A DNA stretch of 64,000 nucleotides, taken from positions 1,609,225 through 1,673,224 of the forward strand of contig CP091718.1 of NCBI GenBank assembly GCA_022009675.1, given 5' to 3'. Under the pieces are notes generated by a model that was given only the letters and a program-made list of their open reading frames with translations, had not been told where the DNA came from and searched no databases. This DNA comes from Oscillospiraceae bacterium. Its GTDB lineage: Bacteria > Bacillota > Clostridia > Oscillospirales > CAG-272. This document shows positions 9,481 to 19,832 of this stretch, piece by piece; position 1 is the first letter of the stretch, and each line of letters starts with the position of its first letter. The translations under genes and the position numbers were made by a program.

Positions 9481-10434
9481 CTATCGCATTATTTTTATAA
9501 TTCTTTCAGCTACCCTTTTGACTACGGGAACGCAAACCGTATTTCCGCATTGCTTATAAGCATCTTCAATTGTAATCGTATTGGGAAAATAAAAGTCTTT
9601 AGGGAATCCCTGAAAATCAAGGCATTCACGAAGCGTTAACTTTCGAATCCCGTAATTATCAATTACAAGTGGGACTTGATCCCTTTGCGTCCCCATTGAA
9701 GCAGTCAATGTTGGACACATGTGGTTTTGTGTAATTTTTATACTTTCATGATACACACGATATATAGATGATTGATCTGTTACAATTTCTCGCACCTTTG
9801 CGAAAAAAGGATCATTTTTCTGATAATAGTAGACCCGGTTCTTTTCCTCATGCCTATTAATTATATTGTCAATTGAAACTGTTAGTGGAATTGTATCGGG
9901 AAATTTAAATACATCACAATCAACAATATCCTTAAATGCCACAATATAAATACGGTCGCGGATCTGCGGGACATTGCCATACTCAGAAGCTCTCATAACG
10001 CGGTATCTGATATAATACCCGTTTTCAACCAACGCATTATGAATCGTGATAAATGTTCTGCCGTTGTCATGCTCTTGTAGGTTCTGAACATTTTCAAGAA
10101 AAATAACTCGTGGCTGAATAGCTTGTACAAAACGGATCACTTCATAAAACAGATTGCCGCGGTTATCACAAAAGCCACGCTGCCGACCAGCAATCGAAAA
10201 TGGCTGACAAGGAAATCCGGCGGCTATAACATCGACCGTAGAAAGAGAATGAGGATCTACATTGCGAATATCTGCCTCAAGCAGCGGGATTTCTTTATGG
10301 TTATGCCGATATGTAAGGCAACATTTGTGATCCTTTTCTATCGCCCATAGAATTTGAAATCCTGCTTGAGCGAAACCCAGTTCAATGCCGCCTATTCCCG
10401 CAAACAGGCTCGCAACCTTTAGTGCCATTTGCAC
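9481..10434 (-). CDS. DNA (cytosine-5)-methyltransferase
   Basis: FAGIGGIELGF (motif I), GFPCQPFS (motif IV), LENVQNL (motif VI), RKLTLRECLDFQGFP and GNTVCVPV (motif X). Confidence 0.9.
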   Translation of the reverse strand: MQMALKVASLFAGIGGIELGFAQAGFQILWAIEKDHKCCLTYRHNHKEIPLLEADIRNVDPHSLSTVDVIAAGFPCQPFSIAGRQRGFCDNRGNLFYEVIRFVQAIQPRVIFLENVQNLQEHDNGRTFITIHNALVENGYYIRYRVMRASEYGNVPQIRDRIYIVAFKDIVDCDVFKFPDTIPLTVSIDNIINRHEEKNRVYYYQKNDPFFAKVREIVTDQSSIYRVYHESIKITQNHMCPTLTASMGTQRDQVPLVIDNYGIRKLTLRECLDFQGFPKDFYFPNTITIEDAYKQCGNTVCVPVVKRVAERIIKIMR

Positions 10435-11388
10435 TCAATATTCATTACAGAAACTGGCGTAGAAATAAATTGGACATCGAACTTTAAACTCGGTTGGACT
10501 ACAGTGCTTGCACTATGAATTCTAAAGCTGAACGCCCAACCGTTATCCATATAAATTTCCACTGTAGTATTACTGTTTTTTTCTTAAACCTCATAGCAAT
10601 AATTTCTGTAGGAATATCTGCTGTTAAGACTTCAAAAGCAGATACTTTTTACTGCGCTTGGTTGATTCAATGTGCCGTGAAGATTAAAATGTATGTATTA
10701 GGGTCATTTTTTGCTGTCGTGACTGACAATCTTGTGGTAATCTTTCACTCCAACCAAATACTCAAACATTTTTTTACAACTATATTAGGATTCTCTCTAT
10801 ATGCCCGGGTAACCTCGTTCAAAAAAGCCTGAAGTAACGGCACATAAACGGTTTCTTCTTTTTTATCCAAATCAGCCCATGCAGTTCCTCTGTCTTTCTC
10901 GCATTTCAATAATTCAAAAACCTGATTAATATCGTTCCAATAATCATGACTACAAGGAACGCCATACCACTCCTTACCGAAGTCTAATACATGACTCAAC
11001 CGGCTGTGTTTGACTGCATCGTGATTATGCTTTATGCTCAATCCAATTTCCCAATCAATATCATCTCTGTGGATAACTATGTCTCGAACATCGCCATTCT
11101 CTCCAGCCTCATCCTTTTGAAATTCAAGAAGCAATGTGTCTACCGAATTTTCATCCATCATTGGCTCTAACTCAACAATTGTATTCGCAGCCGCATTAGC
11201 CGAAGTAGTGTACAATTTCTGCTTTTCCTGACTTATTGCATTCCAAGCCCTTTCGTTTGCCTCATAGCTCGAATTATATACTACATCTGTTTTTTTCTTA
11301 ACGGTTTAAGAAGCTCAAGCAACGCAGTCATCCAAGCATATTCGTATGCTCGTCCCTGGTTATTACTATTAACACTCATGTATCCCAT
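10419..11388 (-). pseudogene. HaeIII-family restriction endonuclease, several frameshifts
   Basis: The central ORF carries GLSIKHNHDAVKHSRLSHVLDFGKEWYGVPCS, which I recall (not checked) as HaeIII/NgoPII-like. N- and C-terminal parts sit in other frames after A7 runs. It lies directly downstream of an M.HaeIII-like gene. Confidence 0.5.
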
Positions 11389-11397
11389 TCTCCTTCT

Positions 11398-12414
11398 TTA
11401 GTGATTATCGAAAAAAATAATTGTTTCCAAAGTATTCTTAATTGCAATCGCAATTTCGTATGCCAAATTAACGGGGACTGCATTTCCAATCATTTTATAA
11501 GCATCATCGGCATCCTGATAGATAAATTGAAAATCATCAGGAAATCCCTGCACCCGGGCAACCTCACGAATTGTCATGCGCCGATATAAGGATTCCTTTC
11601 CTTCAACAAATCGACAATCGTTTTTTTCCGACCTTAATCATTTTGGGTGCTTGCGGATGAAGCTGACACTGCCGTCCGGATGCTTGAACAGTAAACGCTT
11701 GCTCATCCCATGACTTAACGCGATTTCGACTCATAAATATTGGCGAGAATGCACCTGTAAAATATTCATTATTATTGATCGCATTAGGATTGTGTTTGTT
11801 ATGTGGGGATGTCGGGACTGCCGTATCCTGCAAGTCCCATATAATATCGCGCAAGGTAAGCTTTTTTTCATTATCGACCGTCGATCCCTCTGGAAATCTG
11901 AAATCTATATGCAAGTCTTTTCTGAACCCAATATAGAAAACACGCTTTCTCTCTTGTGCCACACCGTAATTTTTCGCATTTACCAATGTCAGTGTAACAT
12001 CATAACCGCAATCTTCAAACATTGCAAGAATATTTTTTTCACGGCTTCCGAATGGCGGTTTGCAAGCATGCCGCTAACATTCTCGGCAAGGAAGAACTTC
12101 GGCTGTTTTTTTCGCAGGATTCGTATATACTCATAGAACAGCTGACCTCTCGCGTCATCTATCCCTCGAAGTGAACCAGCTTCCGACCAACTTTGGCAAG
12201 GCGGTCCGCCAATAATGCCGTCGATTTCATCCGGAAAATCATCTTCCGCAATATTGCGAATATCGCCTTCTATCAGATGAGTATTTGGGTGATTCACCTT
12301 AAATGTTTCATATATCTTTTTATCGTATTCGTTTGCGATCGGTATCTCGAATCCGGCTTTTTCAAATCCGAGATCCAACCCGCCGCATCCGCTAAATAAG
12401 CTCAGTATAGTCAT
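11398..12414 (-). pseudogene. M.HaeIII-like DNA (cytosine-5)-methyltransferase, two frameshifts
   Basis: [84 protein letters not shown] and (third frame) [17 protein letters not shown] all closely track M.HaeIII as I remember it. Confidence 0.85.
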
Positions 12415-12426
12415 TGCTGTTTTTCC

Positions 12427-12702
12427 TCAGATTCTACTACCATTTTCAGATGGAACTATCTCTACTATATCATCCATCGTGCAACCGAGTGCCGTGCAGA
12501 TTTTCACGAGCACGTCGCTTGATACGGTTGCACCGTCTTTTTTCATTTTTTTGCGAGTGTTGCCGGGCTGATTCCCGCCTTTGCGGCGAGCTCCTTGCTT
12601 TTTCATCTCGCGGTCAATCAGCAGTTTGAATAATTTTTTTATAGCTTGCAGCCATTTTTCCACCTCATATATAGATAGATTTATACTTTTTACAGTATAC
12701 AA
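12427..12702 (-). pseudogene. small XRE-type HTH protein (possible R-M controller), frameshifted
   Basis: The C-terminal part SSDVLVKICTALGCTMDDIVEIV is typical of short Cro/C1 proteins. KELAAKAGISPATLAK is visible in a neighbouring frame. It sits just upstream of the M.HaeIII-like gene on the same strand. Confidence 0.5.
12682..12699. promoter_or_regulatory. palindrome TATACT-N6-AGTATA overlapping a -10 box
   Basis: On the minus strand TTGCAA-17 nt-TATACT precedes the HTH gene, and the -10 is half of an 18-bp palindrome. It is a C-box-like candidate. Confidence 0.3.
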
Positions 12703-12956
12703 TAATTTCCGGCAAATTGCAAGGGGAAAAACAGAATAAATTCAAAGAACATCGATTTTTTTGCGTGCTGATGCTCTGTTAAAGCAATATAAAGGTCCCA
12801 AAAATTCGGGAACAGAGCGTGCCGCCGATATTTATTTGTATAAACTCATCCCTCAGGTTATCTTCTTAACCTCCCGATTATTCACATTGCCGCGCATAAG
12901 GTGTATAATCCTCAAAATAACCACTCAACAAATCCGATTCACGGAGGATATCAATC

Positions 12957-13242
12957 ATGTGCAACCACGACACTTATCAGTGCAATTCCGCAAAGCCCGA
13001 AATCATACATAACCGCGTGCCGTTGCAAACTGTGCGGAGACATCATTGAATCGACCGACCGCCACGAGTTTGTCACCTGCCGATGCGGAGCTTGCTCGGT
13101 TGACGGAGGGCATGATTATCTCAGGCGGTGTCTTGCCTCGCCGGATTACTTTGAGGAATTGTCGGTTATAAAGCCCTGCGGCGACAGTTGCGAAAAATGC
13201 TTCGGACAACAATCCGAAATCCGATCCCGACGCGGTCATTGA
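12957..13242 (+). pseudogene. zinc-ribbon protein, frameshifted near the start
   Basis: ATG at 12957 (MCNHDTYQC...), then the frame of ORF 12901-13242 reads CRCKLCGDIIESTDRHEFVTCRCGACSVDGGHDYLRRC. TTCACA-17-TATAAT lies upstream. Confidence 0.35.
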
Positions 13243-13346
13243 CGCTGCCGCAAAACGGATTCTTGAGGAATACCGCGATGCTTTTTACGGAACTTACGAA
13301 AGGATCGGACGACTAACTGTCATTCCCGAAGTCATATCTTTGCAAA

Positions 13347-13409
13347 TATCACTTTGGTGATATTTTTTTCTTGTAATCGCTTGACAAATTATCGCTTTGG
13401 TGATACAAT
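13347..13409 (+). promoter_or_regulatory. promoter with two palindromic operators
   Basis: TATCACTTTGGTGATA is at 13347-13362 and TATCGCTTTGGTGATA at 13390-13405. TTGACA (13381-13386), 17 nt, TACAAT (13404-13409). GGAGG is 8 nt before the ATG at 13440. Confidence 0.55.
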
Positions 13410-13439
13410 GTAGGCGAAGATAATCGGAGGTAGCCTGAT

Positions 13440-14132
13440 ATGAACAAAATAATCACCTTATTTCACGGCTCGGAAAAGGTCATAGAAGCACCCTCTTTCG
13501 GTGAGGGCAAAAGAAATAATGATTTCGGGCTCGGATTTTACTGCACCGAAACCGAAAAGCTTGCGAAAGAGTGGGCGGTTTCTTCTTTAAGAGACGGCTT
13601 CTGCAATCGTTATACATTGGATACCGAATATATGAAGATCCTGAATCTGAACAGCCCCGATTACACCATTCTCAACTGGATTGCCGTTCTTGTCGAGCAT
13701 CGCCTGTTCTCCATCAGGACGCCTATTGCAAGAAGAGCGAAAAAATATCTGATTGACAATTTCGGCATAAATGTAAATGCTTTCGATATCGTTACCGGCT
13801 ACCGTGCGGATGACTCATATTTCGATTATGCGGAATCTTTTCTGAACAATGCAATCTCCGTTGAACAGCTTGCGGCTGCAATGAAGCTCGGAAAGCTTGG
13901 CGAACAGATTGTTCTCAAATCGCAATTCGCTTTTTCCCGCATTCGATTTGAGGGGTTCGACGTTGCCGAAAAAGAAGAGTTTTATGTTCTCCGCAAAGCA
14001 AGAGATGATGAGGCGAACCGACTGTATCTTGAGCTGCTTGAAGAAGAAAGCGACGGCTTGTATATACAGGATATTATAAGAGGAGGGATTACAAACGATG
14101 ACTCGCGCATACCAAGAAATATATCTGAATAA
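13440..14132 (+). CDS. DUF3990-like protein
   Basis: 230 aa. LFHGSEKVIEAPSFGEGKRNNDFGLGFYCTETEKLAKEWA matches my memory of DUF3990. Confidence 0.65.
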   Translation: MNKIITLFHGSEKVIEAPSFGEGKRNNDFGLGFYCTETEKLAKEWAVSSLRDGFCNRYTLDTEYMKILNLNSPDYTILNWIAVLVEHRLFSIRTPIARRAKKYLIDNFGINVNAFDIVTGYRADDSYFDYAESFLNNAISVEQLAAAMKLGKLGEQIVLKSQFAFSRIRFEGFDVAEKEEFYVLRKARDDEANRLYLELLEEESDGLYIQDIIRGGITNDDSRIPRNISE

Positions 14133-14737
14133 AGCACAGTCCGTATTGGGTGATGCCTTCGATTACGCCATCAATACCTGCGGGATTGCGGGCAACGATT
14201 TTATCAAACTATTTTCGGCGAGCACTGTCTCCGGTCGTATGGAAAACGGAGAGCCCGCTACCCTTGCGGGAATGAGCGGAATTGAGATTGCCTCCGAAAT
14301 CATATCGGAAACGACGGGAAAAGAGCTTTCCCAAAAACAAAAAGAACGGCTCGACCGTTCAAAAGAATACTGGATTGGTTGGGCTGTTGCCTACTATCAA
14401 TGGTTTTCGGGCAGAAAATACAGCGAAATTTTCAGGGTTTTCTCTTATGACGACCTGCTGCAAATGTATCATCCTCTTCACGAAGCAGACATTACAAAAA
14501 TTCGTTGATGTCGTTGACAAGCGGATACGCGAATACTACGCGGAAACCAATTTGAAACGTATTCGCACCGCATACGGATGCACACAAGCGGAGCTTGCAA
14601 AAAAAGCAGACGTCAGTCTTCGCTCTGTTCAAATGTATGAGCAGCGCAACAAGGACATCAATAAAGCAAGTGTCGAGACCGTGTATCGCCTTGCAAAATC
14701 TCTCGGCTGCACGGTGGAAGATCTGATTGAAAAATAG
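14098..14737 (+). pseudogene. protein with C-terminal XRE HTH (antitoxin-like partner), one frameshift
   Basis: ORF 14098-14508 overlaps the DUF3990-like gene. After the A6 run near 14495 the reading continues FVDVVDKRIREYY...YGCTQAELAKKADVSLRSVQMYEQRNKDINKASVETVYRLAKSLGCTVEDL. Confidence 0.6.
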
Positions 14738-14882
14738 GCAACATTGTTTTGGCTTTCGTGGCGTTGTAACCGATTATATACGCACGGGATTGCAAGTCGG
14801 ATTCAAAATTACAGCCGGAATTTTCAAATCCCTTTTCTTTGTCTACTGCGTCGCAAAAACCGGTTCTGCGGGCTATGATTTT

Positions 14883-15065
14883 GACCACAGTTTGTGTCAC
14901 AGACGGGTCTGAAACAGGCGGCATATACAATGAAGCGCGGGTGACCACAGGGCTGACCATTTACAGATTTTTGAGTGCAGCAGAAAAAAACCTATCCTTT
15001 TTTCTGCCGACAAAGCCCGCCCGGAATCCGCCCAAAAAGCGGTCTGACCACAGTTTTTACCACAG
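14883..15065 (+). repeat. dispersed GACCACAG / TACCACAG motifs in a noncoding tract
   Basis: GACCACAG occurs at 14883, 14943 and 15046, and TACCACAG at 15058. TGACCACAGTTT occurs twice. Confidence 0.4.
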
Positions 15066-15195
15066 ACAAACACGGAACACGCGGAAACAGTGGACAAAAA
15101 AAGCCCCAAGAGCAAGTGTCTTGGAGCGGAAACGGTATGAAAGCACGCAAAGCGCACGAGAGGACAGACCCATGTCAGTTGGGGTGGTAGAGGCC

Positions 15196-15223
15196 GCAAG
15201 TTCAAGTCTTGTCACTCAGACCA
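15196..15223 (+). other. tRNA 3'-end fragment (T-arm + acceptor 3' strand + CCA)
   Basis: GCAAG-TTCAAGT-CTTGT CACTCAG A CCA. No matching 5' acceptor, D-arm or anticodon arm lies upstream. Confidence 0.45.
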
Positions 15224-15231
15224 AAATTGAG

Positions 15232-15276
15232 AAATCCGAACTTATTCTCCATAGGAGATGGGTTCGGATTTTTTGT
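15232..15276 (+). terminator. rho-independent terminator
   Basis: AAATCCGAAC ... GTTCGGATTT with an inner TCTCC/GGAGA stem, followed by TTTTT. Confidence 0.6.
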
Positions 15277-15502
15277 ATTCTTCGACAGCACGGAGCGTTA
15301 TGTTCGGAATAAGCGCGCAGAGAGTGCAGATGAGCGCCCCGACAAAGAATATACCAATTCGATATCCGGCGAAAGCACACTACCTGATGATATAAAGACG
15401 GGCGATGGTGAAGTATGAAGATGATTCTATGTCAGCATCGCTCCCGCGCCCCACCGTTGATCCTTTTTCAGTTGTCACACAAAAACAAGAGAACGAAAGG
15501 AT

Positions 15503-15862
15503 ATGAATATGAAAAATGCTATCACATACAAAAATAGGAACGGTTACCTTTATCCCCTGCTGGCACTTCCCGAAGCAGAAGAAGCGCCGATCGGCAAATA
15601 CGGGTGGATGTATCTTGACTATCTCAAGAAACATCGGCGAGGTACATACATTTCTCTGCTGACAAGTGGCAATCTTGGTGAAGAACTCTCCAAATTTGAC
15701 GCAGAAGTGCGAAACGAAGTTGACATCATACTTGCCCGACTTATAGATGAACGAGGCATCACGGAAGCCCTGAAAGCCGCGAACCCGCTTCATTGGGTGC
15801 AGGAAATGAATACCGCAAAGCATGATGCAGAAGAAACTGTATTGCATGATTACCTGAAATAA
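15503..15862 (+). CDS. tnpV: TnpV-like transposon protein
   Basis: 119 aa. PIGKYGWMYLDYLKKHRRGTYISLLTSGNLGEELSKFD...GITEALKAANPLHWVQEMN...AEETVL follows the Tn4451-type TnpV pattern as I recall it. Confidence 0.7.
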   Translation: MNMKNAITYKNRNGYLYPLLALPEAEEAPIGKYGWMYLDYLKKHRRGTYISLLTSGNLGEELSKFDAEVRNEVDIILARLIDERGITEALKAANPLHWVQEMNTAKHDAEETVLHDYLK

Positions 15863-15871
15863 TGACAAAAA

Positions 15872-15905
15872 GCAGAGGGCGGATATTCTGCCCTCTGCTC
15901 TTTTA
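15872..15905 (+). terminator. rho-independent terminator
   Basis: GCAGAGGGC-9 nt-GCCCTCTGC followed by TCTTTT. Confidence 0.7.
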
Positions 15906-16187
15906 TTAGGTACTTGCTCCTTTATGATATGAAACGAAATTGAACTCTGAATCAAAAACGACACTATATGCAGACTTTTTCACTTTTTAAGAAAGGCTCC
16001 TGACCAACTTTGTTCGAAGCCTTGAAAATCATATTCCGCCGCCGGGGCTTTTTTTCTTTGCCTACAGCGAGGGAGATATGATGACTTGAAATAATTCTCT
16101 ATATAGTCATATTGCGTTCTTATCGAAGTTACGATATTTCATTAATTTTTGTGGAAAAATCTAAATTAATCGTCGCGATGTAGATCG

Positions 16188-17587
16188 TCAAACATGGCTT
16201 TTTACAGTTGGAGCATTTTTTGTGAGCCTTTTGATGCTTAGTTCGTCCGCCTTGTTATTTGCAAGGCGGAGATTATTTTCTGAAGAAAGCAATGCAGCCT
16301 TTGTTTTTTGCAAATGATCTATAGTCTTATCTATTTCTTCAATTGCTGCTGTGAATTTTTTTCACTGGCTAAACGGTAATTGCGAGCAAAAACCTTCTTT
16401 GAACGCATTCATATTGTCCTCAAAATGAAGAATATCCACTTGTTGGTTGCGCACCATTTGAAGTTCCTGGCGATAATGTAAAGAGTTTTTGAGCGGCATT
16501 TCGAAGCAATGTAATTATTGGGATGAAGAACTGAGGACGAATGACATACATTTTTTTGGATACTTGTATGAAACATCAACAATTCCGTTATTATATAACT
16601 CATTATCAACTTCCAGCAATGAAACAAGAATTGCGTACTCGCACGCTTTTTTTCTTTGCGGTCCTTATCTAATTCCTTAAAAAAATCCTCGTTTTTTTGT
16701 GCTTTGTAGCAGTTGTGTCAGCTTCGTTTTTTTCATCTCGAACATAATTGAAATAAACTCTGTGCCATCTTCGCCACATTCACGGTAAATAAAGTCTCCT
16801 TTACTACCGGTTTTTGGCGTCATTATCTTTTTCAAAAATAAGCATTTGGAAAAGCTGTCATGCGTATAGAATTGAATTGCGTCAGACAGTGCTGTTCCAG
16901 GCTTTCTCCAATCATTTTTTTGTAGATTGGCGAGCCTTGAAATCTTTGTAATATTCAATCTGTTCATCCTTAAGCCTAAGTCTATCTTCGTATTGTTCTT
17001 TTAGCGACTTTTCATTCAACTGATTTTCTGTTTCTTTGCTTTTTGAGTTCTCCTTTGAGATCAGCAATCTCTGAAGTCTTTTGGGATAATTCTTCGTTTT
17101 TCTTTTCTACCGCCTCAGCAACAGCAAGCTTTATTGTAGTCTCACCAGCATCCAATTTCGCCTGCAACTCTATTATTTTTTGATCTCTCGCAGAGATTTC
17201 GGCATCTTTCTTCATAAGATTTTCGGAATGTTCTCTCACTCCATTGGAAATCTCTTGATTCTTCTTCTCGATGGCTTCGGAAATGGCAAGATTTTTTGCT
17301 GTTTCACTTGCATCTAACTTGGCCAGCAATTCTGCAATCAGCTGATCTTTGGCAGAAATTTCAGCATCTTTTTTGTTAATGCCTGCAGTGTATTCTTTTT
17401 CCTCTTGTAAACGAATCAATTCAAGTTCCTTTTCTTGCCTGGCTTCTAATTCTCTTTCTCTGCGTTCAATTTCTTTTAACAAATTCTTTATCACGAACTT
17501 GTTGCGCAATTTGACTCTACCCTGTTTCATCAACTTGAAATACCTCACCGCATTTTTGGACATTTTATTTCTTGCATAAAATATCAC
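16188..17587 (-). pseudogene. DUF2130-like protein, several frameshifts
   Basis: A long coiled-coil N-terminal ORF (17012-17587) is followed by GSKGDFIYRECGEDGTEFISIMFEMK (16677-16967). The tail reads ...VSLLEVDNELYNNGIVDVSYKYPKMYVIR... in other frames. The end coordinate is approximate. Confidence 0.6.
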
Positions 17588-17730
17588 TCCTTCCGTAACG
17601 TAATTTAGTTATACTTGAGTCTTCTTAAATCAAATGCAGGCATTTATTGCTTTCATTATTCAGGTAGCATGGGCTATCTGATTTTTCGTTGACATGGTGT
17701 TACCACGAAACGCAAGAACTACGAGAGATT

Positions 17731-19538
17731 TCATGTCACTCCCATCATCATTTTATAATGAGCGTCGTGCCCCATTTTGATAAATACTTCTTTGAATATT
17801 TGCTTATAACGTTCTATCGAATCTGTATAACTATCAATATACAAATCATCAGGGATTGTATGCGATCCGTCATTTATCCAGCTCAGCAAAGAACGGCAGA
17901 TCATCTTTTTCTTCTATTGTAGGGAAAAGAGTCCACAATTGTGTCATCCTTTGCTTTTCCGAGAATACTAAAGTAATTTTCCAAAATTCTTCGCATGATA
18001 TTTTGCGTTGTAATAAGCGAAGCATTTGTGTTGCTTTTTAATTCTTCCCACAGCAGTTCATATGACGTTTTAATTGGATTATTTCTTTCGTATGCCCTGA
18101 TAGAGGATATGTTATTGTCCTTGCTAATAATCCAGAAATGAATATCATTGCAAACTTCAGTCCTGCGATCAATAAAAGCGGTTTCCTTATGAAAAAACAC
18201 ATTGTGAGTGAGAATAAAAATCTGCTCCACATCAGAATTACCCTCACGAACATCTTTTATTAGCCCTTTAACCATAGAACTTACTATGTATAAAACCGTA
18301 CTGTCTAGACTACAGATCGGATCATCCAATACCAAAAACCTTACGACTAGAAACTTTGGACACATCAACTTGTGCTATTGCACTTGTCGTTACAGCGGTT
18401 TCTGTTAGCGTAATGATTCTGCCAGGTTCTTTTTTCTTTAATAAGCATTTCGGCTTTATTCTTAGAAAAAAATATCCATTAAGCAGATCTATCAATCCAT
18501 TAAGTTTATTCGTGTCAATTCTAGCAGCAGGGTAAGCCCCAAGGTTTGTCCGGAGTGCGTTTATGCGTCCCAACAATTCAACAGTATATACGCTATACTG
18601 GCTAATGAACTGTTTTATTTGGTTGACATCTTGCTCGTATTCTCCGCTAAAGAAAGCGTCAAGCTGACTTTTTTCAGTTCCTCTGTAATTGTGGGTTGTT
18701 GACAGAACGGACAAATCCTACCCTCTCTCAAATGCTTTCTTCCTTGGTTTACCCAGTCTGCATTATCCAAAACATCTATAAGCCGTCCGATAGGAAGATC
18801 TTTATTTCCAACAATTACTTTGCTCCAAATCGTTGAAGCTTCAATTTCAGCAAGCCGATCGACGGCGTCGTCAATGGAAAACGAGATAACTGAACATTTT
18901 TCCGGCTTTTGTGCGAACAAAGTTTTAGCACGCAAAAGCAGACTATCTCTTGCTTCACAGGAAGTATGCGAGATTTTGTACCGTCTAAGAACTTCGTCCC
19001 GGAAGCGTTCCTTATTGTTTCTGAAGCCGCTGAAAGCCTCTTGGAAATCTACTTCATTGGGTTTTAGTATCCGTTCCCATACAACCTCTCTAAATGAGGC
19101 TTTGAATTCGGATTCTCCTTGACGCTTCTTTTTGAGGGCGTTATCCCGTGTTGTATAGTCTTCGTTCTGCTTTGCGCGTTGCTCTTTCATTTTTTCAAGA
19201 GCTTGTATGTCTTCAATTGTTGCTTGACCAAGTGTAAAAACACCTGCAATGTTTTCTTTCAAGTTTTTTACACGAAATTCACGATTATATACAGCAACAT
19301 CTGCCGCAATGTCATTTTCCCACTTAATTTCACACTCATTATATTGAGAATCCGTCGGATTTCGCAAGAAATTACTAATAGTGGATTTTCCGCTGCCGTT
19401 AGGACCATAAAAGAAATTGATCTTTTGGCAGTTTTCGATCGAAACACCCGTCGAAGGATAAGTGGCGCAATTTTTGAGTTTAATTGATTTTATCACAGTG
19501 AACACCTCCGTTCCAAATTCTACAACAGCCATGAGCAA
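17731..19538 (-). pseudogene. AAA_13-type ATPase (RloC/PrrC-like), frameshifted
   Basis: IKSIKLKNCATY...INFFYGPNGSGKSTISNFL (Walker A), ...VLDDPICSLD... (Walker B region), and the C-terminal ...LSWINDGSHTIPDDLYI... in a further frame. The gene is split over ORFs 18615-19538, 18322-18714, 17901-18368 and a tail. Confidence 0.7.
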
Positions 19539-19832
19539 AATTCAAAAAGAGTAGTGAATGCTAGGGATTCCGACCACAGCTAAAGCTTGGAATCAAACAT
19601 ATGACATAGAAAGCGGAGTCTCTTTGAGGAAAAAAATTAATTTGCGAAGAAAAATCCAACCAGAAAGAGACTGCCCGCTATCTACAGACAAGAAATCACT
19701 CAGGTCGTCACATTGTTCACATCCCAAAGAGCAGCAACCTTATAGTGCCGAAGAAAAAGTACATCATTGATATAATCGCCAACTTCTTTAGTATGTTTGA
19801 ATTTCTCATACGCCTTTAAGTAATCTGTCATT

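Noticed and set aside
14883-15065. DnaA boxes or a replication origin, because TTGACCACA and TTTACCACA resemble TTATCCACA.
   Set aside because: Each site matches only about 7 of 9 positions. There is no AT-rich unwinding element and no dnaA/dnaN context. Integrase arm-type sites explain the repeats better.
14967-15223. A complete tRNA, tmRNA or other tRNA-like ncRNA ending at the CCA (a TTGAGTG at 14967 could pair with the 3' acceptor strand).
   Set aside because: No D-arm or anticodon arm can be folded within tRNA distance. A tmRNA would need a GGGG...CCACCA alanine-type acceptor, which is absent. The 250-nt alternative rests on a single 7-nt complementarity.
14839-15312. 157-aa plus-strand ORF and 102-aa minus-strand ORF covering the tract around the tRNA fragment.
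   Set aside because: The translations are low-complexity and rich in basic residues. They run straight through a tRNA-like segment and a terminator, and there is no RBS.
15380-15964. A 194-aa minus-strand ORF overlapping tnpV.
   Set aside because: It is antisense to a well-supported TnpV gene and has no motifs or RBS.
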